Assembly: GCA_002633005.1 (NCBI GenBank)
Contig: NMRA01000131.1
Span: 297,798 to 361,797, forward strand
Length of the DNA stretch: 64,000 bases
DNA from: Phoronis australis
Lineage: Eukaryota > Animalia > Phoronida
Direction of reading: 5' to 3'
Part shown: in pieces, positions 50,157 to 62,796 of the stretch
Layout: the number at the start of each line of letters is the position of its first letter
Numbering within the stretch: the first letter of the stretch is position 1
The notes under the pieces: model-generated
Told to the model about the DNA's origin: nothing
What the model saw: only the letters and a program-made list of their open reading frames with translations
Databases searched by the model: none
Position numbers and translations under genes: made by a program

Positions 50157-50422
50157 TATGTTTGCGGTTGCTTGAAGGTCTTGAAAGTCCACCGACATGT
50201 CATATCTGTCCAGGGCCATAAACACTGTGTTCAGAACGATTGAGAGGAAGATGAAGAGCTCCATAAATGGGTCCATGACAAATAGATCCACATATTTTTG
50301 AAGTACTAGCCATGGCCTACAACATGTCCAGCCACAGAAGAACTTGATGATTTTTCCCTTCAGCCGTCTTCGTCGCTCCTGTCGTTCAACTTCACTTTCA
50401 CGTAAGTAACTGGTTCGGCAAC
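50157..50422 (-). CDS. Nav1: Nav1 exon (end of I-II linker, DII S1)
   Basis: FCGWTCCRPW..FVMDPFMELFIFLSIVLNTVFMALD; donor gtaagt; acceptor position inferred from phase. Confidence 0.88.
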
Positions 50423-50976
50423 CTTCATCAAAGGTATTCGCGAATATCATAAGAGGTATATTTTACCCTACTATCCTAATAAGATCACTTTTATACCGTG
50501 TGGGTAGTACATGTAACTGTAGTGAGCCGATATAGCCCTTTTAACAAGCGTAATTGTGTACATCGCGAACATGCAGCCTATTTGCAGCAACCGCACATTA
50601 CCTTAAAGGTAATAAGCGAAGTTGCTGTTCCAGTAAATCTAAAAAAATACTTCTTGTATGTTATCCAAACGGGAAAAGAGGGGGGCCACATGTCTGCAAC
50701 ACCCTGCCGAAGTACAACATCTTGTTCTTCACTATGAATGTTACAACAAATGATTTTTTATGATTGTGTATTTCCAGGCATGTTCGAATACTTAATATTA
50801 CAATTAACCCAAAACCGCATGTAACATGTATGCGCATGCTCATTGCACGGCATGAATTTCCCCTGATCTGTGCCATGTTTTGGCCGTAAGACGTTACACA
50901 TAAGTGGGCTTCTTCAGAAAATGTTACCATTTTTATTTTTATACATGGGAAGACTGTAAAAATGACGACCACCTAC

Positions 50977-51036
50977 TTGCGCGACTTGGCGGTTTGCCAG
51001 ATGCTTGTTCCAGAAGGTCACTGATAACGATGACAT
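50977..51036 (-). CDS. Nav1: Nav1 exon (I-II linker), 60 nt
   Basis: (D)VIVISDLLEQASGKPPSRA resembles para DVMVLNDIIEQAAGR; tttcag and gtaggt; phase 1-1. Confidence 0.85.
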
Positions 51037-51191
51037 CTGAAATAACAACCAGACAATTGGGAATGAAAGATCAGTATAACAGCAAGGTCTTTCACTTTTC
51101 ATCGAACCCTCAATGTCGCAAGCATTATTTCATTACGAGTGCAGCAAAACTGTAAAGCGACAATCGTAATTATTTGTTCATGCACTGTACA

Positions 51192-51237
51192 AACACACAC
51201 ACACACACAGGCACATATACACACACGTGCACACGCA

Positions 51238-51291
<54 letters not shown>

Positions 51292-51450
51292 GGATTTGTA
51301 GTAGTGGCAGTGGTAGTGCTAGGGCAAGTTTAATATCATCATATAAGTAGTAGTAGGTGTTGCTGCCGCCGATGCTGCTACCGTTATAGCAGCAGCAGTA
51401 GTAGCAGTAGCATCATCACCATCAGCAGCAGCAGCAACAGTAGTAGTACT
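51192..51450. repeat. (CA)n microsatellite followed by a GTA/GCA trinucleotide tract
   Basis: Directly visible. Confidence 0.9.
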
Positions 51451-51624
51451 ACAGGGGTGCTTTGGAGATCTTACATCTCGAGCATCCGTGATGCATTTCA
51501 TAACCAATCGGCGTTGACTACAGTGTTGATATGCTGAATTCATTACGTGCTGACAGCATTCTAAAATTCTCGCAAAGACACATCAAACTATTGAAAATTT
51601 CTCACGTTTCATATCGTGAATTAC

Positions 51625-51712
51625 CTTTTACATCCAAGTTGTTCCCGCTCTGTGTACTGTGTATCACGTGACTGTCTTTGATCTTATCATTGTCTTCAGA
51701 ACCACTGGAAGA
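51625..51712 (-). CDS. Nav1: Nav1 exon (I-II linker)
   Basis: SSSGSEDNDKIKDSHVIHSTQSGNNLDVK; ttgcag acceptor phase 0, donor gtaatt phase 1. Confidence 0.7.
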
Positions 51713-51824
51713 CTGCAATGACATAGAAGTGGGTCTACTTTTGTTCACAGTCCTACAAGATGCAAAAGCGATTAGGCAAATGACAATACACAAATAATCA
51801 ACTGTTTCAAGAAGCAATGCTTAC

Positions 51825-52241
51825 ATTTTCTGATTTGGCACTGACTTGTACATCTGGGAAGAAATGAGAACCACCTTTATTTTCATCTTTGTAAAAGTCC
51901 TTCGACAACTTGCTGACTGTTTTTTTGCTCTGAGACAATCTTGGAGATCGGCAGCTCAAAGCAGTGGGAGAAGGAATTGACAGCCACGTTTCAGGCGATA
52001 TGCCGATAACGTCAGAATCCGGAGTGACGGCATTGGAGTCATCTGCATATGGTAAGTGAGGTTCGAGTTGCGGTAAACGAGGGCGATCACAGGGATGAAC
52101 AGAAGTGGTTCGGCTGCCGCGAAGTAAAGGACTGTGAGGGAAGTTGTGTGAGCAATGTCGCCTCGTGCTTCGACGTGATCGTCTGCTCCGTCTGCTAGAC
52201 AGACGACGGCCGTGGAAGTATGCTGGACTACTAAGTGTCAC
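51825..52241 (-). CDS. Nav1: Nav1 exon (I-II linker)
   Basis: Contains the protostome Nav1 motif LPYADDSNAVTP and RRxS kinase motifs; gtag acceptor, gtaagc donor. Confidence 0.88.
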
Positions 52242-52481
52242 CTACGTGAAAATAAAAGGAACGAGTAGTGTTTTTCTGCTGATACAGCATGAAACACTTC
52301 TTTGGCGTGGCGTTTTTGTTACGATATCGTTGAGTAAACTTTCTGCTATAACGGTCAATAGGAAAATGTTTCTAACTTCTATCCCTTGAAAGACAAAAAT
52401 TCCAGTTAAGAACCAAACTAAAGTAAGAAACCTAAGACTCTTAAAAACATTTTAAGACAAAAACACCAACTATTTACTCAC

Positions 52482-52643
52482 ACTTAGAGTATGTTTCGTT
52501 TCCGCTGGCTCGTCTGACTTGACGCTGAACTTTTCATTTAGAGGCTTATGTTGTTGAAGACGTTGCATTTCTTCAAAACTGAACAAAGAGTCGTGGGACA
52601 TTGAGCGAGCTATGCTGAGCATTTCTTGCCTTTCCTCTTCCTC
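52482..52643 (-). CDS. Nav1: Nav1 exon (I-II linker)
   Basis: EEEERQEMLSIARSMSHDSLFSFEE..EKFSVKSDE..TLS; donor gtgagt; acceptor tentative. Confidence 0.7.
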
Positions 52644-52784
52644 CTTTATTATACAGAGCGAATTTAAAAAGGCATTTGAACCGTCCCCACTACCATAACA
52701 GTCACTGCTACGGCATTTATACAGACAATAGACTAAATGTGACGTAAAATGTGAAATTATCAAAAGTAAGTACCAAAAATTAAA

Positions 52785-54135
52785 GCGCTCCGAGGAGCGA
52801 AACTTGGCGAAATTAACAGGAAAGACGACGATAGAGGTGATGACGAAGATGACGAATATGACGACTATGGTGGCGATGATGAACAATAAAAGTAATGATA
52901 ATATTCATATGACGAACGTAGAGGTCAGAAATCAGTAAGAAATAGGCTACAGTCTTCAGAGACACTTGGCGAAATTTACTGAAAAGACGATGACGGAGAT
53001 GATGACGAAGATGACGAATATGATGATAATGGTGGCGATGATGAACAACATCATAACATTCCTATGACGAACTTAGATATCATAAATCAGTAAGAAATAG
53101 GCTACGGTCTTGTTCAATAGAAGCTAAACCAACATCAATGCAGCAAGAGCGCTCAACCAAGGAACAGCGCTATCAGAAAATCTCGAATAATTCAAAAAGT
53201 CGACGTCCTAGCGAAAAATGGAAAAATCTTCTGAAAACCCGTTGACAACTGTATCTAAGAGTTTAGTGTTGCAAAATTCCGTTAAGTTTTTGAAAAAAAA
53301 AATGAAATTTTGCTTTTTTGAAATTCAAAATCAAATAACTCGAAAACGGTAATCTGAGAAAAAAATTGTTGCAGTTCATTTGAAAGGCAATACCTTAGAG
53401 AATCCACATGCAAAAATTCACATCATTTTTTTCTGTTTAAAATGGCTTCCCAGCACGACTGAAAATGGGTCAAAATGCGCCACATTTGCCATCTTGAAAG
53501 CAAGCTCCGGTTACTCAAAACTCGATAATAGCTTGTCATAGGAAACTAATATCTGAAAATTTTCGAAGCAATTGTTCCTATAATACGCCCTCCACAGGAG
53601 AATACGTTTTTACCCTGGAATCAAAGTGTGCATGCGCCTTGGCCAATATTTCCACTATCTTTGACCAGAAGTTCGCGATTTTTTACATATGGATAGACGT
53701 GTCTAGTTCTGTTTTTACCGATTTTCAGTTGTGTATTTTAATAGTTGTGGCTTCTATGAGCCTTTGAATCTGAAATTGGAAACAAAAAGGCCGCCACGTT
53801 CGCCATTTTGAAACCGATCATGACCAAAAACAATAGACTTCCACCACTTCCGGAGATACAAGATGCATGCAAAATTCGTGGGAATCGGTCAAAAATGCGA
53901 CCTGTAGAGTGCGAACAAACAAAAAAAAACGAGAGCGCTCGGAGGAGCGACACCAGGCAAAATTAACCGAAAAGACGACGAAGGAGATGATGACGGCGAT
54001 GATGGTTATGGTGATGAAGGTGGAGAGTATGAACAACACGATATCATTCATATGACTAGCAAACATGTAAGAAATCAGTAAGAAATAGGCTACAGTCTTG
54101 AGCGACACTTGGCAAAATTAACTGAAAAGACGAAG
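52785..54135. repeat. ~170-bp GAT/GAC-rich repeat, three copies (two in tandem at 52790-53110, one at 53935-54135)
   Basis: Shared CTTGGCGAAATT.ACTGAAAAGACGA...GATGACGAAGATGACGAATATG...GAAATCAGTAAGAAATAGGCTAC.GTCTT. Confidence 0.75.
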
Positions 54136-56133
54136 TAGACGTTCCTAGCGAAAAATAAAAAAAATCCTCTGACGTCAGAGCAACATATTTGGCGAAACTT
54201 ATTTCGCCAAGTAAAGACAAACTTGACAGCAAAGCAACATACTTGTCGGAATTCGAAGAATTTCGCCAAGTAATAAACCTAAGAGTGCATCGTGGTGGCT
54301 CTCTCCTGACGTGATATGGTAGTTGAAGTACAAGATTGTCATATGACAATCACAAATTACAACTCGCATTACCCATTATAGCAACGACATAATGAAAACG
54401 TTCTGATGATAGAAAGCAATCATTTTTGATGGACAAGACAACGTTCAACGACACATATGATGTGAAGTTAAGATAACGGGGTTCCCGAGGTTTTTAGAAT
54501 TTTTGCAACCACCATGCTGCCACTGTTGTGCAGTGGGATATTCCATTGATTCACGCAAAGGTGTTCAATGGTGTTTTGACGTAACCTTAAATTCAATGAA
54601 AAGTGGTTTCTGGGATTTGAAAAATTGATAGTTCGCATTTATTGTGTGAGACATTACTCACCACATATAACCATTCGTGACAAGCCACTTTACAGCTTAG
54701 TCTCAAACAAGAACAAACTACCATTTTTCCAACTCCAGAGATCACCCGTAATACCACGTAACGTTCATAACGAGAAGTGGTCTAAATAAAAAGTTATGTG
54801 TGACGAAAGGGGTTCATATTCGCTTGAATAGAATTGATCTGTTCTTCGTTCAAATAAATAAATTTTGGTTTACTTGGAGGAATATCTGATCCTAGTTCGC
54901 ACTTGACCCAGCATAAGAATAAGTTCCAGTCTGAGCTCAAGGTCTGAAACGAACTAGAGTTTGTAGCTCAATTGTAGGAGCTGGTCATCAAGTGCGGAAT
55001 TGGTCTAGAAACTCATCAGCGCACATCAAGAAATCGAGCTCACAATCACATACTCGTACTTTGAGTTCTTACTTAAAAGGATACTAAAACCTGATTTGAC
55101 GATTTCCACCAATCCTCGTTCTGTCATATGCTAATGCATCATTGGTGTCAATTATCCAAGTTAAAGGCAGGAATCAAACCGAAAACTTATGTTCCCTATG
55201 TCACAAATTGGACACTATGGTCCTTGCTAGGTGACCTTTTCCCCCAGTTGCCGTGTAATTCATTAAAAGCGTAGGTCATGCCTGCCCGCTTAGCAGACTT
55301 TGAAAAGAATTTTCAAGTTTTCCTCCAAACTTTTAAGGGTTGACGAGGGTTACAGCGAATTATTTTGTTTCAAAGAAGTGGATAGGAAAGTCATATTTTT
55401 CGTATCTGTTAAAGCCTGTCTTCAACGATAACACCTGAAAGTTTGGCTCCTACAGTATGTTAAGAGCATCCCTCTGAGCTCACTAGTGCTATAAATTGTC
55501 AAATGTAACGAACTGTTAGGCGTATAGCGGAGTTGCAACGCCGCCATATTGGAAATGGGTCAGAATGTTGCATTGTGGTTAAGCCGGTAAACAAGTACGT
55601 CGGCAAGCGTGGGGGCGAACCGGCCACAGGGAGGTTATACGTGTTGTGTGCCTGGCATGCTATAATACCAGTTAGCGAAATAAAAAAAATAGTTACTACC
55701 TGTTTCCCAAGGATCAAGAACTGCGTTAAACATGGGTCAGAGACATCGGTAGNTCTATTGAGACCCCTATTCAATACAACCTTTTGTTGTTTGTGCTGGG
55801 ATCTCGCGGTGACGCAACATGGCGCGAAAAGGCAGCTTCACTTATCATTTGACGGGCTTACGTTTGCGTGATTGAACTCGCGTTTTCTTATTTTACTAAG
55901 GCTTTGCTAGGACTATCTGGTTAGCCCAATACATCTAAAATAACAAAATTCCGTTGAAGTTAGGCTTTAATAGGTCAAACTGGGTTTGGTATCCTTTTAA
56001 GCAAAACAGGAGTGTCAAAAATAATTCAAACTCAAGCTCGAGATTACACCCCAGTCATTTTAATGACATTTTAATTCATTTTTATGGTAACCAAGTGCTC
56101 AGTTTCGGGCTTGCAAGAAACAACTACATTGAT

Positions 56134-56356
56134 CATGCGCGCACCCAGCCTAAACATAGTGGGGCTCGAATTTTTCAGCATGTGGACTTTTTACTGAAAA
56201 AATACGGGGGATAAAAAACGGGGTACTACTTTTAGACCTATGAATTGTGTATTCGCGCTGAATTTCTGTGGACTTTTGTCTTGTTTTCTCTGAGGCTGAC
56301 CTTTTTGCAAAGTTCGGCTCCTTTGAGCCCCCCAAGCCCCCCTGGGTGCGCGCATG
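56134..56356 (+). mobile_element. MITE (CATGCGCGCACCCAG family)
   Basis: Perfect 15-bp TIR CATGCGCGCACCCAG / CTGGGTGCGCGCATG; flanks ATTGAT/ATTGTT. Confidence 0.8.
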
Positions 56357-56566
56357 ATTGTTTCCAATTAATACCATGCCCAGGATACGGAGAAGCAATC
56401 ATCAGAGACCGGACTCATAACCTTCAGGATGGACCCACAAATCTATGTAAACACAACAGTCGGAAGTTAAATAAGCGCTCGGTCTTGCTCTGACTCACAG
56501 CTGATTGTCTTGGGTTTTTATGAGTCCGATCACTGGATTACTTTTAGATACGGACATTTCTCTAAC

Positions 56567-56590
56567 CTTTTCCAACGCAGCTTGTTCATC
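56567..56590 (-). CDS. Nav1: Candidate Nav1 24-nt micro-exon (DEQAALEK)
   Basis: Strong acceptor tttttgtttgcag, donor AAG/gttaga, phase 0-0; continues the acidic helix after DI-S6. Confidence 0.55.
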
Positions 56591-57405
56591 CTGCAAACAA
56601 AAACAGACAGAACGTCATCTTATGTGTACACACGTTACTCTTACTATACCATGTAAATGAGTTTGAGGATAAAATTGATTCTCTTCGATTTAAATTTGTA
56701 ATCTGAATGTTGACTTGAAATAAGCAAAATTAATTTCACTTAAAGGATGGATTGACGCGAGAAAATCCATCGCGCAAGTACTCTACTCAGTGCTGGCACA
56801 GTCAACGACGGATCTGGGAAATCGTAAGCCGGCAGTCGCAATTTCCTAGAGAAAATGTCTGCATAAGCCTTAAAACGGCGTTTTTGACTTGTCGTGCCTC
56901 TGATCCGTCTTAAATCCGCCTGTGACAGTTTTGGATTTTGCCCATCATAAGTTATTATACACGTGGACGTAAGATTTCGTAGCCATAGAATGAATAAATG
57001 TTGGCTTATTTTGGCAGTAGTCCTTTTTCAAGGCAAATCTTGGAATTTTCAAAAAGGTCAACAAACATTTTTGCCTATATTAAAATACGTTTACAAGAAC
57101 ATTGAAATAGATTCCGGAAACAAGTCTTTTTGACACTTCAAGGAATGGAGTGAGTTTTCTTTTTAAGTTCGTCGTCACTTTGTTGTCTTAACGTAAGGAG
57201 GAGGCAGAATTGAAATAATATAGTCGATTCATCCAAGCGCAGCTGAGCCACTATTTTAAATATCCCTTAATCATAGTAAAAATTACTGCTATAAATGAGA
57301 GATGAGGTTTACTTCTGCAATTCTACTGAATAGTTCTTATCTAAAGATCTTGTGTAATTAACTCTATTACTACTTTTCAGTTACAAAATCGCTGCCTGTT
57401 CTTAC

Positions 57406-57546
57406 GGCTGCAGCTTTATCCTGTTTGTGTTGTTCCGTATACGACATGGAAACTATGGCCAATATCAAGTTCTCTAGGTAGAAGGATCCCACCAGAATGA
57501 CAAGGACGAAGAATATCATGTGCCAAGGACCATTGGCTCGGAGGGT
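57406..57546 (-). CDS. Nav1: Nav1 exon (DI S6)
   Basis: [47 protein letters not shown]. Confidence 0.95.
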
Positions 57547-58016
57547 CTGTAATATAACAAGATTGTTGGCAGTGAGCAATTCCTTGATGTTGATGTCTGA
57601 GGATGATGTTTTCATTCCATTCGTGGATGTTAGAATAATGCTTTTCATGTTGACACAATAGTTTACATTCACGAAGTATTGGCGATCGTCAGACTAAGTC
57701 TATGTCGATGACAACTAGTGTAATCTTGAAACAAGTTAATTTTCGTAAAAATTAATGTTCAAATAATGGCTTTACTCACAACAGCCTTTACTGACAACAT
57801 TATATGATTTTAAAGTTCAGCAGATCAGGCATACACGCTCTTTGCAGCAGAAAAATCCTGCGCAACAATAGAACTCACATGTTTCATGTAGCCAATTGTG
57901 TGGGTCTCTTCACACCCATCTTCCCTTCTTGTGATGTTTTAGAAACCAGTTATGAACTGAGAAGGCGACATACCCTTAATGTTAGAAGATTATGAACAAA
58001 TACAATAAGAGCTTAC

Positions 58017-58185
58017 CAAGTAATACAAGTTCTCCCAGTAATCTTGCGTCATCAGCCGAAACGAGCAAAGCATTGCCCAGCCAAAATTGTCAAAACTGGT
58101 GAATCCGTAGTTGGGGTTCAAAGAGTATCTGTGGTTGTTGGAAATTCCTATGTATGGATAACAAGTGTAGCCTCTGGGGCAATGT
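58017..58185 (-). CDS. Nav1: Nav1 exon (DI P-loop); most 5' exon identified
   Basis: [42 protein letters not shown]. Confidence 0.96.
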
Positions 58186-61181
58186 CTAAAATCCAGAAAA
58201 AGGAAACAGTTTTCCACTCGCTTGAAATCAAACAAAGAGGTCACACAGATAGCATTGTTTTAAAGTGCAGATAAAGTAAGGGAGATGAGCACATTTAATC
58301 TCGCAGCTAGGATCACAACCACGGTTGGCATCTTCCCATGCATTTGCTGTGGACTTCGGTTGCTTATTGCTAGTTTATTGCAAATTACATGTCGTCGTGT
58401 GTATGGCAATTGTCGAGTGCTGGTTTAAGTAAAGGATACCAAATCCGGTTTTGTCTCTTAACAGGTCTTGACTACTTTGTGGCCACTAAATATTTGTCAT
58501 GAAATAAGATTCTGGTACCCTTGTCAACTTGCAAACGTTTGGGGCAAGATTGATAAATCCTTAGAAAGTCTTCAAAGTCGCCAACCGTGCCTATTGCTTC
58601 CTTCGAGGTAACTCTCTCGCAGTGGATTTGAAAATGACCGTGTGGAGTCTCTAGTGGTTGCGTGAAGCTCCACCACACTCTTATCACTCATGTACAGCTC
58701 ATTGACTCGGGTTTACAAGGAGTGTTCGTCGCAGGCCCGGCTCCCGCACCACTCTGACCGATTTTCGATATGAAATATCTGGTGAAAACAAGTACGAAGA
58801 ATGCATTCTCTAACCAGGTAAGTCCACGTTATTACAATTATTTAAAACTTGTCGTATTGAACGTAAAGCAAGCCTGGTGACTTTGCCAGCGCCGAGGGCC
58901 GCGGCCAATACGTTTATGATTTGCAATAAGTTTGAACGTAGTTCCTAATATTCGTGTAATTTGTGTTTCGACAGAATCGCAAAATCTTTTCTGTGAAATT
59001 AATTTCTTCTGAACGGACTTTTGTGACACGGCTCAATATTCAATACACAATCGTGTTCACCACAAACTTGGCTGCTTCACTGGGCCAGTTCAGAAGAATA
59101 CTGTGTACAGCTGTTATCAGTTGATGACTTCATGTGTGCATGGCCAGACCTCGATTGTCGTTGCAATATTGCCCCCTTATAAATGGGTACACAGTCATTT
59201 ACAACCCACCCAATTTACTTGCAGTTATGGAAGGACTCAGGCGCTCGTTCTGAAAGTAAGAAAACTGTTACAGTGCAACCTAGTTCCCGTGTGGTACTAA
59301 AGTGGTACACGGTGGTCGTCCAGTCATAGACAGTGCTGCTGGTTCATTAAGAAGAAACGCCACACTTAGTTCACAGGGACTCTCGTCTGACACTAACTGA
59401 TAGCACTGAGTGAACCATGTTGGTGCAATAATTCTAGGTGTAGAGGAATTCCAAACCCCAAAAGGATGTAGGTTGCCACATTATTCTGGCCGATTAAGAA
59501 ACTGCCTCAGTGAATCAGGTAGACAATTTTCCTCGCCATTTGGCAGGTCGCCATGCATCTGCGAATTCACTCAATAGCCTCACCAAACAAATGTTGACAA
59601 TACACAGGTACATGTTGTTGTCAAAGATTAAACCCTATGGTAAATGTCAATGTTTTGCCTTGCTGTCTTAATGTGGCACGGCATGTGACAAATAATTTTT
59701 CATCAATCTAAGAAGGTTACAGCAATAACACGTCGTTGAACAATAAAAATCCCAATTAACTACCTCTTTGCACAAGATTACGGAACTTTCTACGAAAAAT
59801 TAATACGTAGGCATATGTCTTATATAGCGGACCATGCCAGCCACACGGATGTGAACCACTCCGTTTCAAAGTAAAATACGTGTAAGAGTTTCATAAAAAT
59901 TTTCAACAAACAGCATTCACATGTCAATCGGTAGTATACCAGAAATCAGTAACAAACAAACCCAGTCCATACCAAACGCACGAGAAGATGGCAACCGGAA
60001 TGATTTGAGTTGCTAGCGATCCATGCGGAGAAATAAGCGTTCAAGTCCCATATCAATTTAGTAACTGTTATAATTGTACAAAAGAGCACCATTACACATG
60101 TCTGCAACAATGGACGACAATATTCCAAGGACTGAAAAGTGAAACTCGTCATTTTGTTTAAAATGTTCTCTGAAAGCATGGTTGGAGTAGGTTTACTCTA
60201 CTAAAGTCAAAGCTTGTGAATAAAGCACACGATTTGGATGTTATCAAAATACTTTAGGTCGACATAAAGCTTGTCTTTAAAGCAGGAGAAACAATCTGTG
60301 AATAGTGGTGCAGCCGCGCTTTGCTCTATTATGGCCGCACTTTCATTTCCGGTTAGCTTCGTTACAAAATAAAATCTACAATTTTGTAACGGCTCACCTG
60401 CGAGGATAGCTTACATTAATACTACTTGAAATTTCCTCCGTTCTCCCAAATGACTTATTGGCATGGGTTACTCTAGATTTTTGTTCAAGTTGGATGGCAG
60501 CTGGGAACTTAAAAATCGAAACCGCGACAACCAAAAGTTCAACAAAAATTACAGTCGTACGAGTAATGATAATTACACTTACTGTGCTTCGCTCGCATTT
60601 CCACATAGAAATCCAGATTCATTCAACCAATTGGCTGAAACAAAACATATGATTAGCGAGGAAGATATGGCTTGAGCGGGCAACCGTTAATGCATCGTCA
60701 CCCTACCCACGGCCTGGACTATTACGAATTGATGCATAATTATTTCTCACATGACCAGGAATGTGTTAGGACACAACTGGTTAATAACACCGGGTACGTA
60801 ACTTTTTATAGTTCATGGGCGAATCACAAAGTAAACTAGTGCAAAATAGAAATCCATACGCCTTACATTTTATCGTCTGCGAAACAAAAAAAAAACAAAC
60901 AAACGCGCGCCAACCAAATAATTCCGTGAAGGTGACAAGGTTTGACAAATCGATTGTCGCAACTGTACGTACTCCCAGTCGGAAGGACATACAAACAACT
61001 TCTTAAATGGACCCATCTTCGGCGGCGAATTCCATATCCACGCTCATTCAAACGGAGACGAAACCCAACTCAAGAAACGCAGTGATTGAGACTGTCTACA
61101 TGTACCTGTAGCTGTGCAAGGTCAATTCAGTACTCACGCGCGTGTAAGGCCTGCTGACTGCTATTTATAAACTTTTGGTAA

Positions 61182-62796
61182 AGGAGAATGCCACCCGATT
61201 TAATTAGTCTTATTTACCGTCTTAATCGGTCTATATCTACATCGCCTCTTATACGGTCGACCTCACCTTGCCGAGAGGTGGCGCGTTAACCTGTGAGGAA
61301 GGTGAACAGCGACGTCAGTGGTTGATCTGTAGCGTGAATGCCGCTATATTGCGATGCATCGTTCCCGCTTGTCCGAACTATGAAGCTGTGAAGAAAATGG
61401 GTATATTGTTTTTTTTTCGACTTTCTCGAGATCCCGAAATGCTTAGGAAGTGGCTCGCGGCAGTGAAGAATGAAAAGTACGCTGTTAATAGCAACTAGAG
61501 GCCGTGAAACATCTCTGTGTCTGTGGCTGGCATTTCGTCGACAGTGATTTCTCTGACAAATTCCGGCTTAGCAAAGAACTATCCATACGTTCCGTTGCCT
61601 GTATATGTTCACGGCGCCTCTCTAATATTTCTTGATCAGTGTATTACGGTTCGAACTGATAGCCTGTGAAACCTAACGATCCGACCCGTAAAGTCTTCGT
61701 CGGATGAGCTCTCAACTAAGTCGGGATTGCCATGTCAGTAGACGTTTATCATTCTGCGTTCTGTTTTAAAATGAATTATATTCTCACCCTAACGAATGCT
61801 TATATAAAACTGAAACAAATTCTGTCATTAGATAGAATTTGTAATGCCGTTGGGGTATTCGTGATTGCAAATGTTTTGAGAAGCCAGCAATGAATAAACC
61901 ACTGCGTTACCGGCTTCGGATGCAATAAAGGTAATTGACCGGGCACCGAGGCCGTGTTATGAGCGCATGCCAATTCAGTGTTTTCTGACAGAAAGCTGTT
62001 GTGAAACAATAAATCGATTTTATATGCAATGGTCACATGTTAGGAGATTCTTTATTTACAAAATAAGAGATATACAAATACATAATTCAAATTATTGTTA
62101 ATGTACAACCTTCAGCCTGACGGTTCTGTGGTAGGGGGACCTGACTTAGCGGCCCCCGACAAGTAAGTAGATTTTCAGTTTCGTGGCTAATTGACCTAAA
62201 TAATTATGTGCACAATATTTTTTAGCTCACTATTATAGTGTTTTCGTGACTTAAGCTGGTTTATGTTCGTGATGTCCAGTCCCGGCGGCCCTGATCTAGT
62301 GGTTCCGAGCCACTGGCGGGGAGTAACGAGAGTTTTGTGTGTTTAGAACTGAAAAAATTGCAAGTCTAAAAGTACAACACACAGCTATGTTCCCCCGTCT
62401 GCATTTCACGGAAGAATGAAATTTATCACCAAACAGGCCCAAACTCCCGCGATCCACGTTAAATTGGCCTACCGAACTCTGTAGGACTACGGTACGTTCA
62501 AATACCTATAAATCCGTAACAGTGAAATAAAGCAACACGTGTGTTCAAGAACTCAGTGTATTTGTAAGGGATTTACATCGGATTTTGATGATTTATTGGT
62601 GTTAAACGATGAATTCAAACGAGAAGTTGACGCCAGTAAGCGTGTTGGGAACGGCTGAATAGACTGCGTTCGAACCGATTACGTCACTGCGTTTCCCGTT
62701 AGGTGTCAGGTAAAACGACTGAACTTGCTGTTATTGAGTGGAACTACTCAATCTAAATTGATACAAAATAGATTGTTTTTTGGGTGGCATTCTTCT
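61182..62796 (+). mobile_element. Kolobok-like THAP element, uninterrupted 1.6-kb sister copy
   Basis: GTAA|AGGAGAATGCCACCC...GGGTGGCATTCTTCT|TTAA; THAP CIVPACPN..FRLSRDPEMLRKWLAAV..HLCVCGWHFVDSDF. Confidence 0.8.

Noticed and set aside
59468-59482. TGT GGC AAC (CGN) as the missing DI loop exon of Nav
   Set aside because: In-frame stop immediately upstream and no SGAG-like continuation.
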